Both the position numbers and the translations under genes were made by a program. 64,000 bases of DNA from Daphnia carinata. Taxonomy: Eukaryota. The DNA is taken from the NCBI RefSeq assembly GCF_022539665.2, contig NC_081331.1, positions 2,418,001 to 2,482,000 on the forward strand, in the 5' to 3' direction. The notes under the pieces are model-generated. The model saw nothing but the letters and a program-made list of their open reading frames with translations. It was not told the origin of the DNA and made no database searches. Shown piece after piece: positions 14,744 to 27,864 of the stretch; the first letter of the stretch is position 1; the number at the start of each line of letters is the position of its first letter.

Positions 14744-16108
14744 ATGTGGGACCAATCAGGAAGTAAAAGATGATAGTTTTTTTTTTCCTATTTCTGCGTT
14801 AAATATGGCGAATTATTCCTTGTACTCCAGGTGAATTTGGAAATCCGATGGCCGGTGGGTTCTTCACTGGAACTCCTGGTGGAGGCCAACCAACTCCTGG
14901 AGAAAAGAAGGCATGAAAAAACAAAACTTGTTATCTCTAGCTGTGTTTTCATTGCTCTTGTGTTTATTTTTTGTTATTTGCCTTCTAATTTTTTTTTCTT
15001 TTCCCTTATTTTGCAGGGGGGAGCACAACGAGCTCACAATATCATACCAGTTAACATTAAGGATATATTGGATGCAGTTGACGAGAAACTCAAGATCGAG
15101 GACACTGAAGCTCATATGGTATTTCTTTGTTTGTAAATCATTATATTGAAAAAAATTTTAACACCAAATAAGTAAAGAATATCAATGTTGAGTAGATTTT
15201 ACCTGTTTCTACATCTCTAAGACTGTGTCATTTTTGTTTTAACCTGAATTACTGTTGTGGCATTAGGTTACATTTGTAGGCACTGTCGAACAGATTGAGT
15301 CTAAGCAGACAAATGTTTCATATACAGTAAGGGATGACACAGGCTCAATTGAAGTCGTCCAATGGATTGAAGGTGAAGGGGTAAGATTTTTTTTTTGCCG
15401 GATTATTTACAAAACATTCATGTTTCCTAATTATTACAGAATCCCATGTCACATATTCAAGTTATGGAAGGAAACTTTTGTCGTGTGGTTGGGTCAATTA
15501 GGCAAACACATGATCGTCGCCACGTCATGGCCTTCCGCGTTGCGAACCTAACTACTGCAAATGAAATAACGACCCATTTGTTAGAAACGCAATGGGTTCG
15601 TATGAAATTGAGGCAAATGAAAAGAAAAATGGTACATGAAACGTGTATGTGTTTTGTGCAAAGATAACATTGTTTGCTGTAGGGCCTAGGGCAACCAATG
15701 AACAATTCATCGGTAGGCGGTGCTGGAATGACCGGGCCTTTAGCTTCTTTGTCCAATCCCTCCAGTGCAAGCGGCATCCCAGGGGGATTGTCGAGTTATC
15801 AGGCGATGGTTTACACTATTATCCAGGTAGCACTTTTTTTTTTCTTGTCGTGTCTACATTGAATGTTATGGCATGCTTGAATGATTCTAGGCCACAACTG
15901 CTGAAACTGGTATGGAAAAGTCCCAGATTTACAACTCTGTGAAAGGGAAAATGGGCCAGCGAGAAGTGGAGTAAGTCTAAAATTTGTACACACGGAGAAT
16001 TTCTACTAAATAGCTTTCTTTGATAGTGCTGCATTGGAATTTCTGTGCTCCGAAGGGCATATTTACTCTACGGTGGACGAAGATCACTTCAAATCGACAG
16101 ATAGCTAA
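14744..16108 (+). CDS. RPA2: Replication protein A 32 kDa subunit
   Basis: Gly-rich N-terminus ([15 protein letters not shown]), OB fold '[10 protein letters not shown]...[12 protein letters not shown]', 'NEITTHLLE', and winged-helix C-terminus '[25 protein letters not shown]'. Confidence 0.95.
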
Positions 16109-16451
16109 ACAAAATTCCAAATTACCTTACTTTCATTTTCGTCAATTGTGTCCTTATGTATTCATAGTCGGTATCTACCAGTAAAGGTACGATTTGTGTC
16201 GATTATATTGCCTATTGTTGATTGGTAATCTGATTTTTCTTTACGAGACATATCATTCTTCATCAACCTATTTATTTTTTGTCGTTAGGTGAGTCACGTT
16301 AAGAAAAGTCAATTCGCACACTTTTTAATTTGAAAACTGTACCTTTGCGGGTAATACGATTTTGACGTAAATATCCAGATTACCTGAAAGCTTCAGTGGG
16401 AATTATATTACCACTAGCTTCCCTATTAAACAACTGGTGTTCAAAATGCTG

Positions 16452-19306
16452 TCAGTTGTTAGGAAAATGAACTTCTATAATTGGGGACAATCTTCTTGGT
16501 AGTTCCCACAGCAATGTTCTGGTTCTTTGTCCAACACTCGCCGTAGGATGTAGAGTTGCGATATTTGGTTGCGATGTAGCTTTACTATTTGTTGTTAAAC
16601 ATATAAACTGGTTGAATACCGCTAATACATTTTTTTTTTTTCACGATAAAGGCAGATCTTACTTGGAGCGACGACGTTGAAGCAGACTGCAAAGCAGCTT
16701 AGGATTCAATTGGGCAGGGTCTTGCGATCCAGCCAAAAGGCTCACGATAGTTCCCACGATCAAAACGATTGACAGGCTCATCACCGTATACCATAAATAG
16801 GAAATTCGTAAGAGCGCAGGCACATCCCCTCTAAACCCAAATACGGAATTGCATTAAAATTCAAAATTTAAGTAATACAAAGTTATACTCTTGTATCAAA
16901 AAGTGAACTGTCGACGAATTCACAATGGTTGAATTTGGCGAGTGGCAACCATCTGCGTTAAGTGATTTCATTTGATAGTTCATGACAAGACCGTCTGATT
17001 TGGCAATGTGCGTTTTTATTCCCAGCGTCATCATAGTCGCAAATGATAGAGCTATTGCCGTTCCAGCTCCCTTAACGCCAACGAGCCAATCGAAATTATG
17101 AAATACGAAGTAGGCCTTTGAACTTTTGGAACTATAAATACTTACAGTCGCATTAGCCCATGGAACAAACATACCCAAGCTGAAGACTCCAAGGATTATT
17201 CCTGCCATGGCGCTGACAAAACTCAGAGAAGACTACCATAGTAGTTAAACAAAATATTAGAGCTTTGCAATATTGTTTTTTATGTAAGAAATTCTTACAT
17301 CCAGGGAGATATGAAGTTTTGAAGTAAACAAAGCCATGCTAAAAATGACGCAGCCGAAGAGAATTACAGCCATTTTGGTGACTAACGATGCCTTACCGTC
17401 CCGCATAAGAGGGAAGAAAGGTTTTATGAAGTCTTCTAGTATAACCAACGATAGCGAGTTCAAGTTACTGGAGAGAATACTTCAATCAAAAGAGAAGGTA
17501 AAAAAATAGTATGATTTTCTGATGCTTTATGCATTTGTAAATTGTGAAACCTAGCGACTCCACCGACAATTCCTGCAGCGAAGAATCCTGGTCATTACAT
17601 TTCAGATTATTATTACTATTATCACGCTTTCAAGTATTCCAAAAAAATTTTACCGGGCAAGCCGGGAAAGTTTCCAATAGTTTGAATAACAAACAGAGGG
17701 AAGATCTCATCTGAATGCTTAACTATCTACTAGAAAATAGTTTTAGCAGTATGTCGATCTAACAACTATAAATGAAAATTATAATGAAGTAAAAATGTCC
17801 CTCACATCAGCCTGAAGAGGATCACAGTCAAAGTAAAAGGCATAAGTTACAAGACCTGTTAAGCAGCACAGGGATGTTATGCCTGCTAGCATTAAAAAGT
17901 TAATCCAATGCGATCTAAAAATATAAAGACAAAATACAAATATAGACCGTATAAATTCCTGTCTGAATCGAAACAGTATTACATTACGGCTTTTCGCATC
18001 GTTGGCAAAGCTAAGAAGCGTTGAATAAACACTTGGTCCGTGGCGTACATAGCGGTGAACAGAAAAAAACCTCCAATTGTTAAAGACCAGACCTAATTCC
18101 AATGGGAGAAATGGACAAAAAATTAGATGTGACGTAAACAACAAAGGTTTGTGATAGTAATACCGTGTGACGGGTTGTAGGATCAAAATCGATGCTGCGA
18201 AACGCAAGAAGGCAAACTAAAGAATTGTCATTAACGGCTGGAATTCAGTATCACCAAATTACTTTAAAAATTCAATGCGCGACGAGTTGAAATTGCGCAA
18301 AAACACGTTTTCTAGACCATCAACGTCTACAATTCCTTTGACGAGCACAATGATTGCTGATCCGTACATTAGACATAGCTGTACGGTGCTAGTCCAAACA
18401 ACGGCTTTGATTCCACCCTGGATTATCGTATAAATGTGTAGTTACCTTCTTTTAAAGCGTGGTTAATTACATACGATAGCTGTGTAGAAGATGCACACAG
18501 CAAACATGATACTCATCGAAACGTGCTCTTGGAGTCCAGTCACTTCGTAAGAAAAGATTGACAATTAATACTTCCTTAAATGCTACGCACTTTAAAATCT
18601 TCATTTACCTCTTTTTAAAGCAAGTGCTGGTCCACTTACCATGACGGTCAAAGAAAAAATCTATTAGAAAAATACATTAGTACAGCCACGTTCCAGTAAC
18701 GAAATGAAATATACATGAACGACATTCTTGGCATTTTATGGTTAGATAAATACCACTTTAATCACGTAAAGCAGCGCAGCCAGTCTGCGTATGGTATGAT
18801 TGAAGCGCATTTCAAGATACTGAAAGACAAACAAAACGTGAAATAGATCGCTTGTCAATCGGTTCAATGTTTGAGGGTGTCTTACTTGATGGCTCGAAAC
18901 AAGTTGAAGCTGGTGATAAATGGGGAAATAGATGTAAAGGGATACCGGAATAGAAAGACCGACGGCAATAATTATCCACCAGTACATCGATCCAGTAAGA
19001 TATACGTCTGTCGGTACGCTAAATATCGTTGACGCCGAAAGTGAGCTACATGAAAAAGAAGATAAATTAAGGAACAACGAACACAACTGTCAAATACTAC
19101 CTTGCAGCTAACGACATAGCAATGGGAAATATGCCCATCGTTTTTTTGCCCATAAGATATTCGTTTGTCGAATTGCTTACGCCTCGCCATGCATAATACA
19201 TGCCAATCACCATGCATAAAAGCAAAGTAAAGACAAAAATCAAGTAATCACCCAACCCGAATATTGCACGCCCCATTTGGAAAGATTCAAATCGATCCAT
19301 CACCAT
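16452..19306 (-). CDS. SLC5 sodium/solute symporter (SMCT/SLC5A8-like), paralog 1
   Basis: 'DYLIFVFTLLLCMVIGMYYAW...EYLMGKKTMGIFPIAMSLAA', 'YLEMRFN', 'GGIKAVVWT', 'FDCDPL', 'FPGLPG', 'LEDFIKP', 'GVFSLGMFVPWAN', 'ISYLWY'. The last exon and stop are less certain. Confidence 0.9.
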
Positions 19307-20198
19307 TGCGCAACGATTAACTTTAAGAAACACAGGTGCACAAACACTACATTAACCGTAACGAAACAATAAATTCCACTGACACTAATGCTGACCGCAC
19401 TACACCGCGAAGCGCAACACAGTTTTTATTGCGGCCCTACGCCGACAGGCTAACAAACGAATGGCAACTGCATTGGATCTCGTATAAGGTCTACTCGTAA
19501 AACCAAATGAGCACGAATTTTAAGTGATCAAAGGAAACTTCATTGAGTCAAATCTTGCAACAATGTGGTTCACCTTGACCATTCCGACTAGAAAGGAGGT
19601 TCGTACACATTGGCCCACAAAATTCCTATCCATGTCTCGTTTAGCAAGTTTAGCTCGCCATGGCACTTTGCACCTCCAACGATTCAATAAAACAAAACCT
19701 AAAAAACGCGAGTGGTCAGGCAGGTGCGCTTCCCGTGCAAGTCCAATGAATAAAATTAATCGTTTATAGAAGGACAGAGAGATCTAACGGTTTACACAGG
19801 GAAGTCACATGCCCATCTTTATTAGAAGTTTACGTTAAACGTACAACGCGAGAATGGAGCCTTTTATAATCATTTCGAACACCAAAAGAGGTACTGAGCA
19901 CGATTGCTATAACCCGTTATTTTCCCACTGCGCAGTGTAATATTACGTATCGATTCCCTAGATCAACTGCTGCGAAGGGTTTCGCTGGTTTGGCTAACAC
20001 GTTGTTGAAAAGCATACCATTTGAAAGAACACTTGTAACGTAACCTTCGTTTCCTTTGAAAAATAAAGAAAAGAAAACCCAGATTGTCATTTTAGAAGGT
20101 CAACGGTAACGTAGATGAATTGCGGTTGCGTGAAAACTGTTTGGAATTGACCTTCTAGAACACCAAGGTCTTCTGGAAAGGTCAAAACGTATAGGAAT

Positions 20199-22915
20199 TT
20201 AGTCTAGTTCAATGTTGTTGGTTTTGTTATTCTGGGGCGAGTCCCCAATCTCCTGAAAAAGGTATAAACGCAAGTATCACATACCAAAAACGAAAAATAG
20301 GCTGACTGCAAATTACGGAAAATGAAAATGTAGACCTTACCTTGCGCGATGGAAAGCAATCACTGACTTTGCATAGGAGTTTGGGATCAAGTAGTCGTGG
20401 ATTTTGTCGCCCTGTCATAAAACTAACTATTGTTCCCAGGATCAAGACGATCAGCATTCCTATCATAGTGTACCACAAGTAGGAAATCCTCCAGATAACA
20501 AATGGAGCTTCATCTTCGCTCCTGGCGAAAAGACATACAAGGTGTATGTGAACAATTATGTATCCTCAATCAAAACAATTTCATTTACCCTTTCATTAGT
20601 CCTTGGCTTATTGCTGTCCTGGTAGAATTGAACGATGCGCAACTCGCAGTGCTTAAAGTTTTCAATTGATTGTGACCTAATCCACGTGATTTTGCAATCT
20701 GCGAACCCACTCCGAGCCACATCATTGCTGCGAAGGAGACTAGCATACCGAATCCAGCGCCCTTAACAAAACAAGTAATTGATCAATAGCGTATAGAACT
20801 TTCAATTAAAACTTACTTACAATAGCGTTGGCCGATGGCACGAACATACCCAAGGTAAAGACGCCAATCATTGCTCCATTAACAGCTCCATTAAAACTGA
20901 GAGTGGCCTATGGGATTAGGAGCGTCAGTAATATTATATTTTTGAAGAGAATGTTGATTGAAGTTACGTCTAAGATGGTCTTGACTTGCGCAACGAGAAG
21001 AACCATTCCCAAGTTTATGCAGCCGAAAAGGATCGCTATTCCTTTTGTTACTTTTGTGGCGGTTTGGTCTTCGATGGATGGATAAAAAGGCCGAATAAAA
21101 TCCTCCAAAACTATGAGCGCCACAGAATTCAAACCACTTGACAAGGAACTATCAAAGGTGAAATCGACATTGAAATCGTAAAAAAATTTAACATTTATAG
21201 AGAATTGAATACCTTAACGCGCCTGAAAAAACACCTGCGACAAAGAGACCTGGCAAACCCGGCAAATTTCCAACCGTATCCATGACAAATAAAGGCACAA
21301 CCTGATCGGCTTTCTCTATAACCTGTTTACTATTTCTTTTAGTGGAACACTTAAATGAAAGCTATTAAATTTCTGCACTCACTTTTGAAGTTAAAGGGTC
21401 GCAATCAAAATATTTGGCGTATACAACGGTGCCACCAAAACAGGCAAGGCCGACGATTCCTGCTGCTGCAACTAAATTCCACCACATGGATCTGTAAACA
21501 AAAGACGAGAAAAAGGATTGATGACCAACAAAGACATTATACCATTATAACTACAATAACGACTACTGTACATTTGCGCTCTGCGTAACGTTGGCATCGC
21601 TAAGAAACGCTGGACGATGGACTGGTCGACTCCATAAAAGGAGGTCCAATAAAAAAAGCCTCCAATTACCACAGACCAAATCTTCACGGAAAATGAATCA
21701 TTTAATTAAAGGCCATTACCTGACAAGAAAAAGAATATATTACCGTGTGGCGAGTAGTAGGATCGAAATCAACACTGTAATATCCGAAACCAATAAGCGT
21801 AAATATCATTGAATGAAACTAGGGCACTTTTGTTTCAATACTTAAAAAATTCCACACGTGACGAATCAAGGTTGCGCTGCCAAACCGTTCCGAGACCTCC
21901 TACATCGTAAATTCCTTTAACAATGACGGTGATAAAAGAACCATACATGACAAAGATTTGCAGTGTATCTGTCCAGACAACTGCTTTAATGCCACCCTAT
22001 AAAAGACATAAAATTTCATGATTTTTTAAAAACAGAACTCGTTAATGGTACATAAACGGGAATAACTATACGAGCGCAGTGTAGAACGTACAGACACCTA
22101 GCATAATGCCAACGGAAAGGTACACATTGATTCCTGTTACTATATTTACGAAGAGAATGGATAAAAGGAATTGTTCACTGAGTTTTGGCCCAATTGAATG
22201 CTAATAGCGTTTTAATACCTTGTTTCAATGCCAACGATGGTGCGTACACTACAATGGCCATGTAAAACAGCTATTGTAAACAAGGATTAAATAAAATGAA
22301 ACCTCAGAATTACTGTTTATCTAGACTTGCATTGAATCAATTACTTGTTTAATGATGTAAAGGACGGAAGCGATACGCCGCACAATGTGGTTGAATCGTA
22401 GTTCCAGATACTGTCGATTTCCAGATTGCGAAATAAATATAACGTTTTTTTTATATGCAAATTAATGTAAAGCATGAAGCGTGCAAACCTGATTAGCTGA
22501 AACGATCTGAAGGCGATGGAAAACGGATAGGTAGAGATAACCGGTAGCTGGTGTACAAAGAAACATGGCCAACGGCATCCAGGAATACATTGTACCTGTC
22601 AAATAGATGTCCGCTGGGGTGCCTAATAACGTCGTACCTGAAATGGAACTGTTTGGAAAAACAATATCACCGCATAAGACGAAATGGTAATTTTTAATAG
22701 ACATAAATGTTTAACTACAACCTCGCAGCCAGAGACATTGCGATCGGAAAGATGCCCATGCTTCTTCCTCCCATTAAATATTCGGAGGTTGAATTACCAC
22801 TCCGCCAAGCATGATAGACGCCAATCAGTAAGGACACTAACAAAGTTAAAGCGAAGAGTAAATAATCCACCCAACCAAACAGCAATTGATGGCGTGAAAG
22901 CGTCGAATCGTCCAT
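20199..22915 (-). CDS. SLC5 sodium/solute symporter (SMCT/SLC5A8-like), paralog 2
   Basis: 'FGWVDYLLFALTLLVSLLIGVYHAW...EYLMGGRSMGIFPIAMSLAA', 'YLELRFN', 'GGIKAVVWTD', 'GVDQSIVQRFL', 'LPGLFVAGVFSGALSSLSSGLNSV', 'ISYLWYTMIG'. Ends with EIGDSPQNNKTNNIELD*. Confidence 0.93.
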
Positions 22916-24267
22916 ATTTGAAGATGATTAAGGAAGGCACGTTGCGGACGGTTGAATGGTAGTAGTGAGACTGCTGAACCTGTAACCCACATTGAAGCTG
23001 TTTCCACGCTGTAGTTGATGCCCTTTGGCACTCTTCACAATCTGATCTCTGTAGTACAAAAAAAAAAAAAAAAAAAAAACAAAACAAAAAAAACAAAAAA
23101 AATACAATTTAAACAGTTAAAGTTGTAACGCGAGATGAGACAAGAGGGATGTTTCTATGCTCTCGCATAAATAAAACTTCCGTCCGGTTTGTGTACTTCT
23201 TTTAGTGGAATAGATAGACAGCTTAGATTTTACTCACTGTATAGAAGAGCTTTACTTAATCTTGACCTAGTTTATGATCAATGAAGAAGGCAAAATCACA
23301 TAAAATTCGATATTTCCTTATTGGATGAATGCCAACTAGTTTAGTGACGTAGAAAGCCATACAAATTTTTGTCGTAAAATGTCAGAATTTTAAATCGTAA
23401 AAACTTCATTCCTTCACTTTTCGCTATGAAATTCTTTAAGCTTAAATTATATAAATAAAAAAAAAGAATGCTGCAGCATGTTCAATAAATCAAATTCAAA
23501 CGTTATCAAATAAGGACATGCGTTACAATCGGGTTCTTTGTCAAAATCCGCCGTTTTTCGATAGCCAACGGCGCATACCGGACCTTTACGGCACGCAAAA
23601 ACAAAAAGAATTTGTGGAACGCATCTGATCGTCATCAAGAATTATGGCGCAGGCGTTCGCGCAATGCGCCTGGAATACATTATGTATGAAGAGTGTTGTA
23701 TCTTCTACAATCTTTAAACAAAGAAAAGCAGAAACCTACACGTAGGATTTAAGCTGGAATTTCTTTTTTGAATGAGAAGTGGCTTACATGTGCAAAATAA
23801 AAATTCTTCCTCTTGCCCAGCTGTTTTCTTTTTACTGCCAATCAAATGCTGTTTGATGACACGCAATTTTAGGTTGAATTGAACGTGTCTAGCGCTTTCT
23901 ACGGGTATTATAACTTCCGCATTTCTCAAATTAAAAAATAAGAATATCGGGTAATAGAACTCACCTCTCGGTTGGATTGGTTTCTGCATTCGTGGTTACA
24001 TCATCGACGTCAACATATCAACTTTGGGGTTCGCGCATGCTGCATAACTAGTCCATCACTCCCAAATTACAAGGGGAAATTCGTCGTTGTGGCGTGAAAA
24101 GAAACTTGGCGAAGAGTTGTGTAACAAATGATTTAACTAGTGCGGCCGCCCACTCTGCACTCGAAATCTAAAAATAGATAAATAAAGTTTCTGCAAGCAC
24201 ATTAACATCAGTCAATTCTTACCTCCAAGTCGATACGAACTTCGGCTGTAGTAGGAGGATAAACAGA

Positions 24268-25008
24268 ATGCAGCTTAAATCTTATGCATTTTGTGGATTA
24301 TTTTTGTTTTCTGTTATTTTCCAAAATTACTCTGCCGACGGCCAGCAACAAGACAGTAGCAAACTCGATTCTAATGAACATCATCGTTCACCCAGGTCGA
24401 TTTTCCTCGTTAAAAAGGTAGTTGTGGCTGGCGCTATTGGACTTCTCGCTGGTCTTGTGATTGGCCACAAGAAAGCTAGAGAGAAAAATCACATCCAAGC
24501 TTGGAATGTTCACAACTACAGAAAGAGATCCGTCGGTGACGTTAACGAAGATAATGATACTAATCCTGATTACAACGATTCCGAGTTGCTTCGAGTTGCA
24601 AAGATTTTCGATCAACTCGGTTGTGGTGGCCGTCTCGTCTGCGAACTGCACCAGCAAAAGCAAGAGGACCTTAATGACACTGGGCTCAAAATCGTCCAGC
24701 TGTTTGGGTAACTTAAATTAATTTTTAGAATATGCTGTACAGTTGATTGTTGACTTACTGTACATCACTTGTTTCAAAAGAATGTCTTTCTTTCTGACAG
24801 TGACAAACAACCACCGACTGTTGATCAATTGAAGACCGAACAGAAAGCCGTTTTACAATATGCGGCCTTCGTCGGAGCAACTTTTCCCAAGGATTTGAAA
24901 ATCTGTTCACGTTTGTTTCCACGTTGTCCGATCGCCGAGCAGGCACTATCACATGCCTTCAGCAATGCAAATGTACGTCCTCAGGTTGCTGAAAAGCGTT
25001 TAGCATAA
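24268..25008 (+). CDS. Secreted prepro-protein with Gly-rich hydrophobic segment and Cys-containing DM4/DM12-like C-terminal domain (paralog A; exons 24268-24707, 24801-25008)
   Basis: Signal peptide MQLKSYAFCGLFLFSVIF, RSPR and RKR sites, 'GCGGRLVCEL', 'QYAAFVG...ICSRLFPRCP'. A phase-2 GT-AG intron sits at the same position in paralog B. Confidence 0.85.
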
Positions 25009-27744
25009 TAGCTTTAAGCTTCGGAAAGCGCCAACGTTTGTTGAAAATGCATTTCAACGATATTTCGTTACGAAACCAAACCTAAGATTAATATAATATA
25101 TTACGATAATAATTCCTAATGATTGCCTGCGGCATTTAAATACAAATTCACCTCATATTGGTTATCGGAATCCTTACCAAATTGGTATTGCCTCATTATT
25201 TTGAATAATTATGCTGGTTGGGCTGGTAGGACATTCGACTGTTCAATGCGGCGGGCGGAAATCCTGCAGTTATAGAATTTGAATCAATCAAATGTTATCA
25301 CAAGTGAAATTGACATTTTTTTTTTGTATCATCATGTTAAAAGTTTCTTTTTCCCTTTTGCTGAGTACCGCAATTGCAGATTAAACAAATTTGTCCAACA
25401 TAAACTTATTCCTGGCGCCCGTATACATAGCATAGAAATACACATTTGACCGCCGCCAAATGCTTTCTAGATCAAAAAGAGAAGCGGTTCCAATACAAAG
25501 AGCAGCGATTCTTCCTCCAAACTAGTTTTCGTCTTTAAACATTTTTTTTTTTCCTAGGCAAAACTCAAGGGAATAATCGAATTCATGAGAATCTAAAGAC
25601 GCAATAAAAAAGACTAGTTTAATGTAAAAGAGTCGTGTGCATTCAAGTGAATCACATTTAAATTTTGTGGTTGACAAAGCATATTTAATCCTTAAAAAAA
25701 ATAAATTCTCGAATGACCGATTTCCTTTTGAGCAAAACCGTGAAAGTGTGAAACGCTGTTTCACTAGTTTCCATGTTGGCTAGAAAAAGGCGTAGCCAAT
25801 TTTTACTATGCAAATTTTAAGCCCTTTTATCATTTCCATACTGTTCGAAAATAGAAGAAAAATCGAGGAGCGTTTTGGCCACGCAAGACACTTGAAAAAA
25901 AGAAAAGACAATTTGCATACGAGGATTGCACCCGAAAAAGGAAGCAAAAGTTCGAAATAGCCAGAAGCGATTTGGCGGTACCGAATCAAAGTGTGATGTT
26001 CACCATGGTACCTATTAACGAACTTTCATTCATGAAGTAATCAACAACCTGCAAATTGTTGTGAGTTGCATGACTCTGTAATGTATCGCAAGTAAAAATT
26101 TGTAGAGCTGCAAGTTTACGGTGACGCCCTGTGTGTGGGGTTGCGTGCAACGTAAATTACCCGAATGGATTTCAAAAATGAGATACGGGAATTTCAAGTG
26201 TTTTTTTGGCAGCACAGTCTAATAGGTACCCTGGGGAAAAATAAAATCACGTAATTCAAGGTGGAACACGTAGGACGGCACAGCGAATCAGAATAATTTT
26301 TTTTTTTTAAATCATCATTTGGTTTCAACCTGAGGGCTTCTGTTACTTCTGGGTGAATAATTTCGAGTGACGTTTCGTCCTATCTGTTCACTAAGAAAAA
26401 AGAAAAAAAAACAGCTGTGTCGCATTTCACAAAAACGGAGAAAAAGCTTTTTAAAGTCCGCCAGAGATGAGACAATTATCAGACTGAAGGTTTAAATGGA
26501 AAAAAAAAGCATCGTGATACAGAAAAGGTTATTCACGCATATTTTCGTCTTCCTTTTTTTTTTTTTTTTAAGATAAAGAAGTTCACGACTAAAATGTTTT
26601 CTTAAGCGATTATATAGGCAGAATGATTTTTAAGCGACGCAATCAAAATGGAGGCAAGTTGCGTTTTGTTCCACGACCTGTTGGCTCTTTAAAATGAGCG
26701 TGGCCAATAGGTGACCGATTTTGTGGAAGATCGGACTCTGCGTCGTATTGGAACGCAGTTTTCTCGGCCGCATTCACCGATTTCTCTTTTAACTTTCGAA
26801 ATCAAACGGCCTCGTTAGATGCCGTTAAGAAAAAGGTCGCGCCCAGCATCCGATAAGCCTTCATTTTTCTCAACGGAATTTATCGAGCATCAACATTTTC
26901 TGATGGGAAAAAAAAAAATGTTCCAGCCCGCATCGACATTAGATGCGAATAGCGACGTGATGGAAAGAATGAAAAAGTAATAACGACGCCGTTATTTACG
27001 GTGCTGACCATTTTGAAGAGGAAAGAGTTTAAACGATGTAAGCGTTCGGAAATTCCAAGGCCGTGACGCACCCAAATGGGAAATGCGTTTGATATTACGT
27101 GCAAAATGCATACAAAAGAACGTAATGAGATCAATGCCAAATACAAACAGCAAGGGTTCCAAAATGGCCAGTGTTCATCTTTGGCTATTTAACAGGATCG
27201 TCCTTGCGAGCTGACAAAATTACGCATCGCAGAATGACGAAGAATTGCACTATGAGCTCATCAAAATGCCATTTTTGGATTCTTAAAAAAACTGCCGTGT
27301 CATACCTTTTTCACTCTTAATTGAAATATCTCGGCATTGCGGGGTGTATGACTCGGTTTAAATTAACACGCAAGGGCATCCGAGTAAAAACCGCGAGTGT
27401 GACAATAATTGAATTACGCCGAACGAGAGTTATTTGACCAAATCGGTAAACAAGAATTTTGAAAAAAGAAAAAGACAAAAATACGCCGTGAAAATGTAGC
27501 TTTCGCTGGCCTAAAGTGATTTTCAAGTACTTCGCCTACGGTGCGTCCCTCTTAGCGGTGCGCGTTATTATCGTAACTCACATTATGGACAATCGCGGTG
27601 AATCACGCAAGGTCGCCAAAAAGCCCAAGTTACGCGCCTGACTATCTGGCACAAGATCACCCTTGTGAGGATTAATTCTGCACTCCGAAGAGGATTAAAA
27701 AAAAAAAAAAAAATAAAAATAAAATTTGGACAAGGTCTTGAGCT

Positions 27745-27752
27745 TATATAAA
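27745..27752 (+). promoter_or_regulatory. TATA box of paralog B
   Basis: TATATAAA ~120 bp upstream of the ATG at 27865. Confidence 0.5.
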
Positions 27753-27864
27753 GAGACCCCACAAAGTTCCAGCAGATAGCACACGCTTTCGATTTCTTGT
27801 CAACTCTGGTGCTCATTCGATAAACCTCTGCCAGACATTCCACATTCGCCGAGAAAATATCGTC

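Noticed and set aside
14755..14830. Possible GA-AG donor in RPA2 intron 1
   Set aside because: A canonical GT donor 3 nt downstream gives the same phase.
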